DNA of 64,000 bases from Octopus sinensis (lineage: Eukaryota), in contig NC_043009.1 in NCBI RefSeq assembly GCF_006345805.1, forward strand, positions 14,322,001-14,386,000, given 5' to 3'. This document shows positions 40,621 to 52,405 of the stretch, in pieces; the first letter of the stretch is position 1; every line of letters begins with the position of its first letter. Below the pieces are notes generated by a model. That model searched no databases and was not told the origin of the DNA. It saw only the letters and a list, made by a program, of their open reading frames with translations. Both the position numbers and the translations under genes were made by a program.

Positions 40621-42149
40621 GATGAGGTTATATACGTATGTATATAGAAAAATATACATACACACACACACTCAGAAACATGTACACGATTCAAAGAACA
40701 CTACATTATGGTTGATAAATACATCAACATAAACTGTATTAAGTCTTGCTGTGGAAATAGGAGAACGTTGCACGGGACAGGATCGTGGGGGATTAAGTAT
40801 ACGTGGTCCTCAGTGTTAGATAATCCATCACCTAGATTATCAGCACAATTCACAATTGGGAAGCTTTAAGAAAATCAACTGTGTTGCAAGTATTTAGACA
40901 AGGGTATCCATTCAGAATAATATAAAGTGTTGATGTGAAACCTCCTTCAACATAGTCCCAGGTGCAGTTCAAACATACGTTGGCTCTGTACTTTCTACCT
41001 AATGTGGTAAAAAAACCCTGACAAAACAGAAAAACTAAAAACAAAACAAACAAACGGTAATCTGTGCTGCCTTCTGCTGATGTTAATAGATTTTGTTGTC
41101 CAAGCGTTTGTAAAGACTCTTGAGAGATATTGAGACTGATACGTTCAACCGATAAGTTGTATTTAAAAAATATATATATATTTCTGACGACATATATCAA
41201 CAAATACACACGTATGACAGTTCCTGTATGCATCTCTCTCTGTCTCCCCTCTTTCTTTCTGCGTATGAATAAATAAATAAATATATATATATGTGTGTGT
41301 GTACTGCTCTGTGTCACAAAACAACACTCTCATCTCAGTGGTTCTCTCTAAATAAGAATCTATAGTAGAAGTATTAATTTAATTTGCACCCAGGTCATAC
41401 AACATATGTACATAGAGATTCTTTTACAGCTTTTAATATTATATTCTAAACAATGCGATTTACAATATAAGCTGCCTGTGGAATTTACACAAATTAATCT
41501 AATAAAAATGTCTCGTAGCATAATCTTCCCAAAAAGTTACAATACACATTATTATGTCTTGGATAAAAAAAAAATATTAAGATGATGTACAACAGTGAGA
41601 AATACTATATCGATATGAATATGAAAGAGAATATCACTGAATGTGTTATGAGAAGTATGTGCTTCATACGCACACACATACACACACACGCGCGCGCACA
41701 TATATTTCAAAATGTACAATCGATGTGGAGGACAAATAGATACACCGATCAAAGTTCAGTAAGTAGATGCCTAAATACTGTAATAAATACCGCAAGTGAC
41801 TTAAGTATATGCTGCTGTTGGAAGGAGATCATTTATACTTTTGTAGTTCATTTTGATGTTACAGATACATAGAAAACCAGCGTGAATTTTTTTAAATGCT
41901 ATGTGCAAAGCTGATGTGCTTCAGTCTGCAGTGTAAGTGTATCTCTCTCTTTCCATTCCTTAATTTTTGCATGATCCCTATTGATCGTTTTCTTTTTTTT
42001 TCTTTTTAATCTTTCCTTTTTTCTTTCCCTTTTACGATCCCTTTTGATCGAAAACTTACCCAACTATTTTTTTCTCCCCCAAAAGAAAAACTCTACTTTG
42101 TAATCTGGCCCGTCTGTGTGCAGCCCTGTGTGGCTAATAAAGAAACATA

Positions 42150-42220
<71 letters not shown>

Positions 42221-42222
42221 TA

Positions 42223-42272
<50 letters not shown>

Positions 42273-42404
42273 CAGAGAGAAAAGTTTGAGTTCTATGTCA
42301 TCTTTTACTCTGGGGCTCCAAATTTCGATTTCTAATAATGATTCTTCATATTAAATTGGTAGCTTACTATTGTAAGTATTTTTAGAATATGAACATGTTA
42401 CAAC

Positions 42405-42575
42405 TATAAGGTATGCTATGAGCATTTATAGAACACGTATCCTACAGAAACGCAACAAACAATTTAAGACGGGGAAGAAAATGTGTTAAAAGTTTAAATA
42501 AATTTTAATCCATGCATCCGATCGTTTCGAACGGTAATATTAACATGTAAAAAAACGTGGAAAAAATTAGAAATT
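42405..42575 (+). repeat. ~170-bp direct repeat, copy 1 (copy 2 at 43401-43570)
   Basis: TATAAGG...AGCATTTATAGAACACGTATCCTA...TTTTAATCCATGCAT.CGATCGTTTCGAACGGTAATATTA.CATGTAAAAA is present in both copies. Confidence 0.88.
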
Positions 42576-42618
42576 AATTATTAAATTAATTACATATTAG
42601 TGTTCTCCCCAGTGCGAA

Positions 42619-42985
42619 AGAAGAATACCTAAAAATGAATGCATCAGAAGAATATTATATTGTTACAGAAGACTAGATGGAGCGAGTGTCACATAACATA
42701 TTCAGATATGCATAATATGATTATGGAAGATGACAGATGAAAACATGCTTAGGTAGTGTTGTGTCTAGCTGTGTAGGAAATATAACTCAATCGTGTCTCA
42801 AGATTTACTTATCTATGGGTTATATTTCATACACAACGAGACTCAACACTACCTAAGCATGTTTTTGTCTTTCTTCTTTCATAATCATATTATTCATATC
42901 CGAATATTTTATATGATACTAATTCCTTCTAGTCTTCTATAACAATATAATATTCTTCTGATGTATTCTTTCTGATCTATTCTTC

Positions 42986-42987
<2 letters not shown>
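42619..42987. mobile_element. Fold-back element/MITE with ~170-bp inverted arms and a ~25-nt spacer
   Basis: 42619-42790 pairs with 42816-42987 (e.g. CATCAGAAGAATATTATATTGTTA.AGAAGACTAG and AAAACATGCTTAGGTAGTGTTG occur on both arms). Confidence 0.8.
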
Positions 42988-43019
<32 letters not shown>

Positions 43020-43021
43020 AT

Positions 43022-43051
<30 letters not shown>

Positions 43052-43054
<3 letters not shown>

Positions 43055-43258
43055 TTAATCCAAACATGAAAACACAAAGAGAAATCACAACAGCGTGAGG
43101 ACGTGGAACAAGTATAATATTATTGGACGCTCAGGAAAGAAGGAAAGACGGAGGGTTTAACGTTTCGAGCGGAGCTCTTCGTCAGAATCACAGGAAAAGG
43201 AAAGATCCAAAGAAAGGAAGACGGTGGAAAAATATCGCCAACGGTACACACGCGGTCA
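43052..43258 (-). mobile_element. PLE pLTR fragment with a canonical-core hammerhead motif (43153-43191)
   Basis: Minus strand reads GTGATT-CTGACGA-A-GAGC-TCC-GCTC-GAAA-CG-TT-AAACCC; flanked by microsatellites. Confidence 0.65.
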
Positions 43259-43298
43259 CACACACACACACACACACACACACCACACACACACACAC

Positions 43299-43365
<67 letters not shown>

Positions 43366-43400
43366 ATATATATATATGTATATATATGTGTGTGTGTCAG

Positions 43401-43570
43401 TATAAGGTGTGTTATAAGCATTTATAGAACACGTATCCTATGGAAACTCAACAAACAATTAAAGATGGAGAAGGGAAGGTGTTAAAAGTTTTTTTAAAAT
43501 TTTAATCCATGCATACGATCGTTTCGAACGGTAATATTAGCATGTAAAAATCATGGAAAAAAAAGAAATT
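43401..43570 (+). repeat. ~170-bp direct repeat, copy 2
   Basis: See 42405-42575. Confidence 0.88.
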
Positions 43571-44183
43571 CATTTTCTCTAGTAATAATTTTGGAGTAGG
43601 TTATTCTACGACTAATAGTGTAGGTAACATTATTTCTTCTTTTAACAAATTTAAACTGAATAGATTTTATAAAAATAAGTTATATAATAATACCAATAAT
43701 AAAAAAGATAATACACTAATTAACTGTACATGTAGAGATAAAACTAAATGCAAATTAAATAATAAATGTGATATTAACGATGTAGTGTATAAATGTATAG
43801 TTACATTACATGATGAGAATAATAATAATAATAATAATAATAACTCAAACGCGATATATATAGGGTCCACTTCTTCTAAAATAAAATTAAGAATCGCACA
43901 GCATATGCATTCATTTAAAAATAAAAACTTAATTAACTCCACTGGATTTAGCAAGTACATTTTGGGACTTAAATCCCAAAATATTAATTATAATTTATCT
44001 TGGGAAATAATTAGTAAGGCTAAATCATATACTATAGGAGGGAATTTTTGTTATTTATGTTCAAATGAGTTTAAGGAAATTTTATTTTATAAGCATGATA
44101 ATTTAGTGAATACCTGGGATGAGCACAAAATAAAATGCAGACACAAGTTACTTTACTTATATAATAAATTTCTTGATAAATAA
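43548..44183 (+). CDS. Stop-free 211-codon frame encoding a Penelope-like Cys linker and GIY-YIG endonuclease (5'-truncated, no ATG start)
   Basis: Manual upstream extension of ORF 43785..44183 gives IFSSNNFGVGYSTTNSVGNIISSFNK...INCTCRDKTKCKLNNKCDINDVVYKCIVT...AIYIGSTSSKIKLRIAQHMHSF...STGFSKYILGLK...SWEII...CYLCSNEFKEI...NLVN...KCRH. Confidence 0.85.
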   Translation, partial: KSWKKKKFIFSSNNFGVGYSTTNSVGNIISSFNKFKLNRFYKNKLYNNTNNKKDNTLINCTCRDKTKCKLNNKCDINDVVYKCIVTLHDENNNNNNNNNSNAIYIGSTSSKIKLRIAQHMHSFKNKNLINSTGFSKYILGLKSQNINYNLSWEIISKAKSYTIGGNFCYLCSNEFKEILFYKHDNLVNTWDEHKIKCRHKLLYLYNKFLDK

Positions 44184-46600
44184 TGAATATTTCTTAGCCT
44201 TAATTAGCTCCTTATTTGTTGTTTTATGTAATAGTATTCTAAATATAGCAGGTGATTTGTAGTTTATTTTAGTTATTTAGGTTCTGTTTTTAATTATAGT
44301 TAGATTATATATAGTTGTTTATTTTATTACTAAATATATTTTTAATAAATATTTAATGGTTTATTGAATTTAGAGTCTGGTAAGTTACAATCTTATTTAT
44401 CTTATAATAAAGTTAAGTTTATATATTTAGTTATAATTTCGTTAAATTATAATTTTGTTATATTAATCTATTTGTATGTAATTTCTTTATATTTGAAATA
44501 GATTTATTTAGTTGTCTATTTAATCTATTTTATTTAATATAGAAGTATAGATTAGTAGATTAATTATTTAGATTAAACTTAATGTTTACCTCTATTTTTG
44601 TATTGTAGTATGAATATAGACATTTATATACGTATTTATTATATGATATATGTGGTTATGTGTGTATGTATATATGTGTATATTTTGATGTGCGTGTATA
44701 TATATGTATATACATTTATTTATGTGTGTGTGTGTGGATGTGTGTATATAGGTGTATGTGTATATATTGAGCATTGTATGTGTGTATATGTATGTATGTG
44801 TGTGCATATGTGTATGTGTGTGTATATATGTGTGTATATATGTATATGTATGTATGTGTGTATGTGTGTGTATATGTATATGTATATGTATGTATATATA
44901 TATATGTATATATATGTATATATATATGTATATGTATGTATATTTTTATATATTTATGTATACGTATGTATAGTTATACTGAAAATTTTGATAAGTATTC
45001 TATTAATTTGGTTATGATCACTAATTTTAGCCTATAACTATAAGAGCATGGAGAAAGACTTTATAGTATGATGAGGGGTTACTATATAAAAAAAAATTTT
45101 ATATATTTATTAATCATATAAGAATTTTAGAATACATTTAATAATTAGTGGTTTTTAATCATTTAAATTATTTAATTTATTTTGTATTAAGTATTATTTA
45201 TCATGGTTATTTTATTAATAAATATTATAGTATAGAGAGATTTTATTCTTTATTTGTGACTTCATTCTATTTACACTGATAAACCATTAATGTTCGCATT
45301 CACAATCTCATTGATAAAGCGTATGTTCCTCACGCTTAATGAATTCTTCAACAATTAATTTTTTTTTGCTATTAATGTAATTCCACGAGTATTCTTATAA
45401 ACGCTGTAAAGACGTTTTCCGATTCAAAATTTTAGTTCATTACTAAACCTCGCTAAGATAAGTATTTATTTATATTTAAGATCTTCAAATTGTAAATTTT
45501 AATATTGTATAAGTCTTTGGTGTAATAATATTTTCCTTATGTAAATATCGTTGTTTATGTAATGATCTAATTATCGTAATTTTTTATATTATTAGATATT
45601 AAATTTAAGTTTATTCGTAAGATACTACTTAGCGATAGATTTGTTGTTTGATAGCAAGTATACTAGGTGTATAAAGTTAGGCTTTTGTATATACATGTTT
45701 TAATAGTATTAATTGTAGTTTTAAATTTCTTATAATTAAATTAGATAAACATCGATAAACTTAGATATGTTTCGACTAAAGATTGGTCAAGGCCATGTCT
45801 AATTTAATAGCATAACTTAGTTATTGTTTTTTTAAATTGATATTCGCAAGTTATTCCCATTGAAAATTATATTTATAGTATTTATAGTATTTATTCGATA
45901 CTATATTACTACGAATTGATTATTTCTATAAGTATTTTACATAAAATTTCCGAAAGTTCGTTTAAGTTTGTTTATTTGTATTTTGAAATTAGCTATTTCA
46001 TCTTTAAATATGAAAAATTAATTTATGAGGTTTTTATTATATGTGCATATATATTTATTTATAGAGATTATTTTAGATCTTAATTATAATATTTATATAC
46101 ATTTATATATTTTCATTGATAATTTATATATAATAGTCATTTTAAAATATTATGTAATTAGATATAGATTAATACCGATATTAGATTATTGGTGGGTTTC
46201 CTAATTATAAATTAAATTAATATTTAACATTATAGTCGATTTTGATATAATCATAATTGTTAAGTTTTATGTTTCTAGTTTGATAATAGAGTTTATTATA
46301 AGTAAAATTATTATATTATTTATATCTTAAAAATATTGTTTAAATATTTCTGATTATTTTTTTAGATATTTCAATTAACCTGAAGATTGACTGTAACCAT
46401 AACTCTAATTATTAATTGAATTTAAATTATTGTTATTCGAATTGTACAGCCATGAAACGATCGTAGTGTTTTACTCTTTATCTTTTATTAAACTTTTAAT
46501 ACTTTTGATATATATTTAAAATAATATAAATTAAATTAATTTTATGTTGTGGCTTATGTTTTTCATTGTTTGATTTGCCTAATAGTGGTTTTATCTCTAA
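43570..46600 (+). mobile_element. Very AT-rich Penelope-like element 3' portion (endonuclease, long 3' region, HHR, terminus at (TA)n)
   Basis: The endonuclease ORF and an HHR motif lie on the same strand within one continuous block of roughly 80% AT. That this is a single element is inferred. Confidence 0.6.
46374..46473 (+). ncRNA. Putative type I hammerhead ribozyme motif with long stem II
   Basis: CTGAAGA (46380-46386); stem II TGACTGTA/TACAGCCA (7 of 8 pairs) closing an AT-rich hairpin; GAAA (46454-46457); stem III ACG-AT-CGT; GUA triplet ending at 46465; stem I is weak. Confidence 0.55.
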
Positions 46601-46606
46601 TATATA

Positions 46607-46652
<46 letters not shown>

Positions 46653-46665
46653 ATATATATATATA

Positions 46666-46827
46666 GGCGCAGAAGTGACTGCGTGGTAAGAAGATTACTT
46701 CCCAACCACATGGCTCTTGGTTCAGTCCCACTGCTTAGTACCTTCGGCATGTGTCAGCTAGTATAGCCTCAGGCCGACAAAGGCTTTGTGAGTGGATTTG
46801 GTAGATGCAAACTGAAAGAAGTTCGTC

Positions 46828-46878
<51 letters not shown>

Positions 46879-47090
46879 GTGGGGGATGTGTGTGTGTCTG
46901 TGATTGTCCGCCCTCTATCGCTTGACAACCGATGTTGGTGTGTTTACGTCCCCGTAACCTAGCTGTTTGGCCAAAGAAACTAATAGAATAAGTACTAGGC
47001 TTATAAAGAATAAGTCCTGGGGTCAATGTGCTCCACTGAAGGCGATGCCCCAGCATGGCCCCAGTCAAATGGCTAAAACAAGTAAAAGAA
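46666..47090 (+). mobile_element. SINE family B (CORE-like), full length, with internal (TA)/(TG) microsatellite
   Basis: GGCGCAGAAGTGACTGCGTGGTAAG head through AAACAAGTAAAAGAA tail. Confidence 0.88.
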
Positions 47091-47095
47091 TATGA

Positions 47096-47127
<32 letters not shown>

Positions 47128-47188
47128 TATATATAATATATATATATATTATATATATATATATATATTATATATATATATAATATAT

Positions 47189-47224
<36 letters not shown>

Positions 47225-49619
47225 CGTATATGCATATATATATGTATATATGTATATATATGTATGGATGGGTGGATGACTGGCTGGCTGGGCTAGATGA
47301 ATGGATACATGTGTAGTTAGTTATTAATTGGTAGCTTAGGTCAAAGTTCAGCTTAGAAAATTATGAACTTCACAGCCTTCAGGAAACTGGAGATTAGGAA
47401 GAGGATGGGCGTTTCATCAAATCTGTAACGAATGCCAAAAAACGTTCGTGCCATTCATCTGCTTATTAGTTTAACAGCCCTACAACACGAGCACACAAAA
47501 ACATGTGTGTGTGTGCGTGCGTGTGTGTGTATGCAAGTAGATATTAGTAGTAAAGCTCTTCTATCGTCTGAAAGATGAATTTATTGTTTTGGAAGGATGT
47601 ATCGATTTGTTGATATATGGCTGACAGATATCCTCAGCGATTCAAGCATTGACATCATCGATTTATGGCCTTCAAACAACTATCGTTTACCATGTATAAT
47701 TGTAAAGCACGCCAGATGAGTGTCAGCCGAAACTGTTTGATGTCCATATGGTTTTAAATCACATTGGTGAATCTAGAGAAGCAAAATAGGGAGAATAAAA
47801 ATGAAAACAGATTTAGAAGTGCCTTAAAGTAACTCATGGCATTGCTCTGCATTAGTATTAAAACATGTGTATATACACACACACAAACAAATATATATAT
47901 ATATATGCTTTAAACATATTTGCAATAACGAAGCGAGTATTGAGCTAACTTGAGTCTGTAGTTGTATTAAATGGAGAAATCAAAACGATGTGTATGCATG
48001 CCTGTATGCGTGGGTATACATATATATGTATATATACACACACACATATATGCATATACAGTCACACACACATACCTACATACATACACGCACGCACACT
48101 CACACATACACACACATGCACATATGCATATATATGCATGCAGTTATCTATACACACACTGGAATCACGATTAATCAATAACATGAATGCATTAGATTAC
48201 TAAATATATTTCTTTTTTTCAGTATAAAATTCTGAATTCTATATAGAGGAATTGTTGATTGGAGAATTGTTAAGTGGCGAATCGTTAAGCTACCAATGTA
48301 AAATGGTAAACCCTTGTACAACATTAAAAGTATTTGAACAAAACCATTTTCCCTTATTCTGTATTCTATCGCAAATATAATACATACTCGAAATTCTACG
48401 ACTCAATTTTCCTATTGCTTCAGTAAATGCTGTTTAGCAATTTTCTTAATTCATATTTCATTAATAATTGCACGGCTCTTTAGATCATTAAATCGCAAAC
48501 GTTTCGTTTAATTGCAAATGTTATGTTGAATTTTAAATGCTATGTTGAATTGCAAACAGTCTTCTGTTTCTCATTTCGGCTTAGTGTCACCACTGTCCTA
48601 GAACATGGTGCATGTAATGGTATTGCTTCTCATACATAATTAATTAACTAATAACAATTAATTAATCCAACTTTTATTTATTTTCCCATAGTATTCTGGA
48701 TTAACGAAAGCCACTTAACATATTAATTAAATGTACATGTACCTGCTTTTCCTTTTCCTCTCTGTCATTCCCACAGATACTGTATGTATACATGTATGTA
48801 TATATATGCACGTGTGTGTGTGTTTGTATGTATGTAAGTATATATGTGGGGTGTATATGTATGTGTAGGTATATATAATAACTCTTTACAACTACGAACA
48901 TTTATACCCTCTCATACACATCTAAGGAAACATCTTCTACTGTCAACAAAAGCCAATCGAATGTTAATCTGCAAAACTAGAAATGTAATACGCCAATTAA
49001 CAGGATTGCAAAACTCTAATGAGAATGCGATAAACAGAAGCAAATATTCATTTTATTCTATGTGTCCTCTTTAATGCAAGACTGTAGATTAAACTATTAG
49101 TTACGATCGGGGAAAAGTAATCCTTGTCGACGACTTTGAGATCCGAGGCAAAGACATTTTAATTTGTTGACTGTTGGAAGAGACAAGCTCTGAGCTTTTG
49201 TTACTGGTTCTGCTTGCTATTTTTGCGATTTTATAGTTATTCAGTCTAGAAACTCTCCAAGTAACACTTACTACAGCTAGGGCAACTCTCAGGTCTTCTC
49301 TTCTGCAATATTAGTTTCATGGCTTTTGTTTCCTCATCCACGTTGGAGTTCAGTTTTACTGTGGCTGAATGATTTTCGAAGAGCATTTGGGCATATGTAT
49401 CCATGTAGCCTTCAATCAGGATAAGACAGTGCCCATCCAAGTTGGAACTTGTGGTGATCTTCGCTAAACGCGAAGAGCAAAAATCGGAACAAGAACAGTA
49501 ATTATCAGAGAAACCAATAAATTCCACCCCACCAATGATGCAAAAAACAGAATAAACAATAATAAATAAGTAATTAAACAGCTGCTCGGATGACGGTAAA
49601 TTTTACTTTGTGGAGAGAA

Positions 49620-51320
49620 AGACTGTTACAGAGGAATACAGAAACTTATTACTGAAACTGAATGATGCACGTATAGCGAAATGAAAAGGATACCAGATCT
49701 GAGAGGAATCGAAAGTTGGATAAACTGCTAACAAAACTCAACTTTTTGAACTTAACATATTTAAACTACCTTATATACTGCGTTGTTCTGTTGCTGTGCA
49801 AACTCTTGGGGGTTAGAAATGAAAGAAAAACAAAAGATGAAACCCCATGGTTGGAACACAGGCTAGAGAACAAAACAGAACAGCTGAACTGTAAACTTAG
49901 ATGGATATATGCAAATATAGAAGCGAAGAGTTTGAGAGTAAGACACAGGGACGAACTGTAAAGGAAGTATAACATAAGACACGATGGACTGTAAGTAAAG
50001 AAGAACAAAGACAAAGAAACAAATAAACACCGTTAGGTAAAAAAAGAAAAAGAAAAGCCGACACTAATAACGATCGAATCAGTGTCAGCAGAATAGATTC
50101 TTCAAAAACAACGAAAGAAAATTCTATTAACAACTGAACAACGGGGAAGAGAATCAGGGAAACTATACGCCAGATGCTGAAGTTGCGGGGTAATTCTCGC
50201 ACAACACGTGTAAACACGCTCGTTACATTACGGTTCAAGTCAACATCAGACCGTCTCCGTCCCCAACCACCATACTGGAAAAAAGTGAAAAATAAATTAA
50301 ATAGTACCCGTATTATTCAACCCAAGGATAACCAACAGGAAGTTCGTACTATAAATTTATTACACAAAAAGAGCGAAAAACTACACCATTTAACACCAGA
50401 AATGAACGGACCGGTACCCTACAAAAATTATGCTCATCAAAATAAAGGGCCGGACGTTATTTCTCAGTCCCGCAAATAAAATCCAAACAACATAAATGAA
50501 CTCGTGAAGAATATATTTGAATCCTACACGTTTATTTTACAGTAGTGCTCTACTCACAGAACGAAAATGCAACAACATATACATATAAAATCTGGAAGGA
50601 ACATAACCCAGGTAAAGATTTGAATAAAGCAATGAACCCTAATAAACTATATCCCCGTATGTTAATACGGAGTTATATTCTCCAAACAAAACAAAACAAA
50701 AAGAAAATATCAGAAATAGAAATAGAGCACTTAAAACGAAAACACACCAGGGAAACGTAGATAGGGACTGTGAAATATGAAGACAGGCGTAACATGTCCA
50801 ACTAAAAAGAAGCAAGCAACGAAAGACAGCAAACCGAAACAGTAGGAATGCATAATAATGAGCAAAATGCAAGAAACCAGAACACCATACACAGAAATAT
50901 GAACGCGTGGGAATCCGAAATAAAATCTAAAATCTGGAAGCAGTGAAGGCGAAATTAATGATTATGATGCTATAAAATGAATATAATCAAAGAATTAAAA
51001 GCCACGGATCCCAGTATGGAGCACCGGTTATACTTCCCCAAAATTAAATTTGATAATACAACAACCTCAATAATAAATAATATGAACCTGGTCGTCACAG
51101 AACTAATTGCCACAGAAACATATGTCAATGTGACCAGCTTCATATTTTAAATTTGAATTTCTATAATTTTGAATTTTTATCACTGTTTATTTTTAACTCG
51201 ACAAAGACAGGTTTGCTGTCCAAATATCGTTCAACCAACAAAATATCTATTGCAATCGCATCGCGTTATTTGTCTTGCCTAATAATAATAATAGTAATGA
51301 TAATGATGATGATGATGATG

Positions 51321-51362
<42 letters not shown>

Positions 51363-51388
51363 TAATAATATAATAATAATAATAATAA

Positions 51389-51433
<45 letters not shown>

Positions 51434-51473
51434 TAAAAATAATAATAATAATAATAATATAATAATAATAATA

Positions 51474-51504
<31 letters not shown>

Positions 51505-52405
51505 GCAACTTTTTAAGAGGCAGGTCCAAACAGCTTCCATTAAATTAGATACCGACACTACCATCAAGGAGCTCGAGCCACGAGAAAGCTATAAATAACT
51601 GGAGATAAACGAAGGAGATTGTATACAACACGCTATAAGAAAGGAAAATGAATAAGAAAGGAGTATTACAGGAAAGTAAGACTCATACTTAAAACTAAAC
51701 TCAGCTCCAAAAATCACATCGAAGTCATTAACACCCTGGGACTTCTAGTTATCCAATATAACTTCAACATCATTGACTGGAATCTTACAGAACTGCAACG
51801 CCTGGAGTAGAATAGAAGAAAGCTACTAAATCTAAGAACATGCACCACCTAAAAGCAGACATTGATCATCTTTACCTAGAAGTAATGGGGGAAAAGGAAT
51901 GATGAAGGGAGAACTCTGCTAAAAGATCTCAACAATAGCAATGAACAAGTATCAGAGCTTATAATGTGTGGAACGAGACCCTCTGAGACCTATGACAGCA
52001 AGCAGCTATCCGCTCCCAGAATCTACGAGAAGAAACGAGACTGAGCGTTCTGAGAATTAAAACAACAGCAATAATAATAATATTAATAATAGACGGGACA
52101 TAATTATAGTTAAGGAAAAGCGAAGTTGCTTACTAATCGACCCATCATGGCCTTTTGTTTCCAGAATCGTAAAAAAAGAGGGCGAAAAATAAAAACAATA
52201 CAATCTCCTTAAATTTGAAATGGGAAGAATTTGGAACATAAGAACAGCGAAGGTCGTGCCTATAATAATTGGTGCGTTGAGATTTGTAAGCAAAGATACA
52301 GACAAATAGATAAAAGAGACAGAAATAGAATGCCCGGTAGAACTCTTACAGAGTTTGTCTGTTAGGGACAGCAAAAATTATCTGGAGGGTTTTCAGCATT
52401 TGAAA
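49620..52405 (+). mobile_element. Decayed R4/Dong-like LINE pieces (N-terminal domains, RT end/thumb, REL endonuclease) interrupted by (AAT)n
   Basis: LNYLIY...LLGVRNERKTKDETPWLEHRLE; YKIWKEHNPGKDLNKAMNPNKL; KLDTDTTIKELEPRESYK...EYYRKVRLILKTKLSSKNHIEVINT...MHHLKADIDHLY; NRRDIIIVKEKRSCLLID...KVVPIIIGALRFVSK...CLLGTAKII. Confidence 0.75.
51283..51505. repeat. (AAT)n microsatellite
   Basis: Direct reading. Confidence 0.95.

Noticed and set aside
45765-45810. Minus-strand GAC...GTC-GAAACATA with flanking TTAGA/TCTAA pairing (HHR-like)
   Set aside because: There is no CUGANGA-like core at the required position.
44200-46380. Possible minus-strand genes in ciliate code (TAA/TAG = Gln) in the AT island; one frame lacks TGA for ~200 codons
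   Set aside because: TGA is rare at this composition, so the run is not significant, and no recognisable domain emerged. A code-6 BLASTX could settle it.
49385-49490. Possible HDV-like ribozyme upstream of the R4-like LINE (GGGCAT/GTGCCC pairing, TCTTCGC/GCGAAGA hairpin)
   Set aside because: I could not place P2, P3 and P1.1 in the required order.
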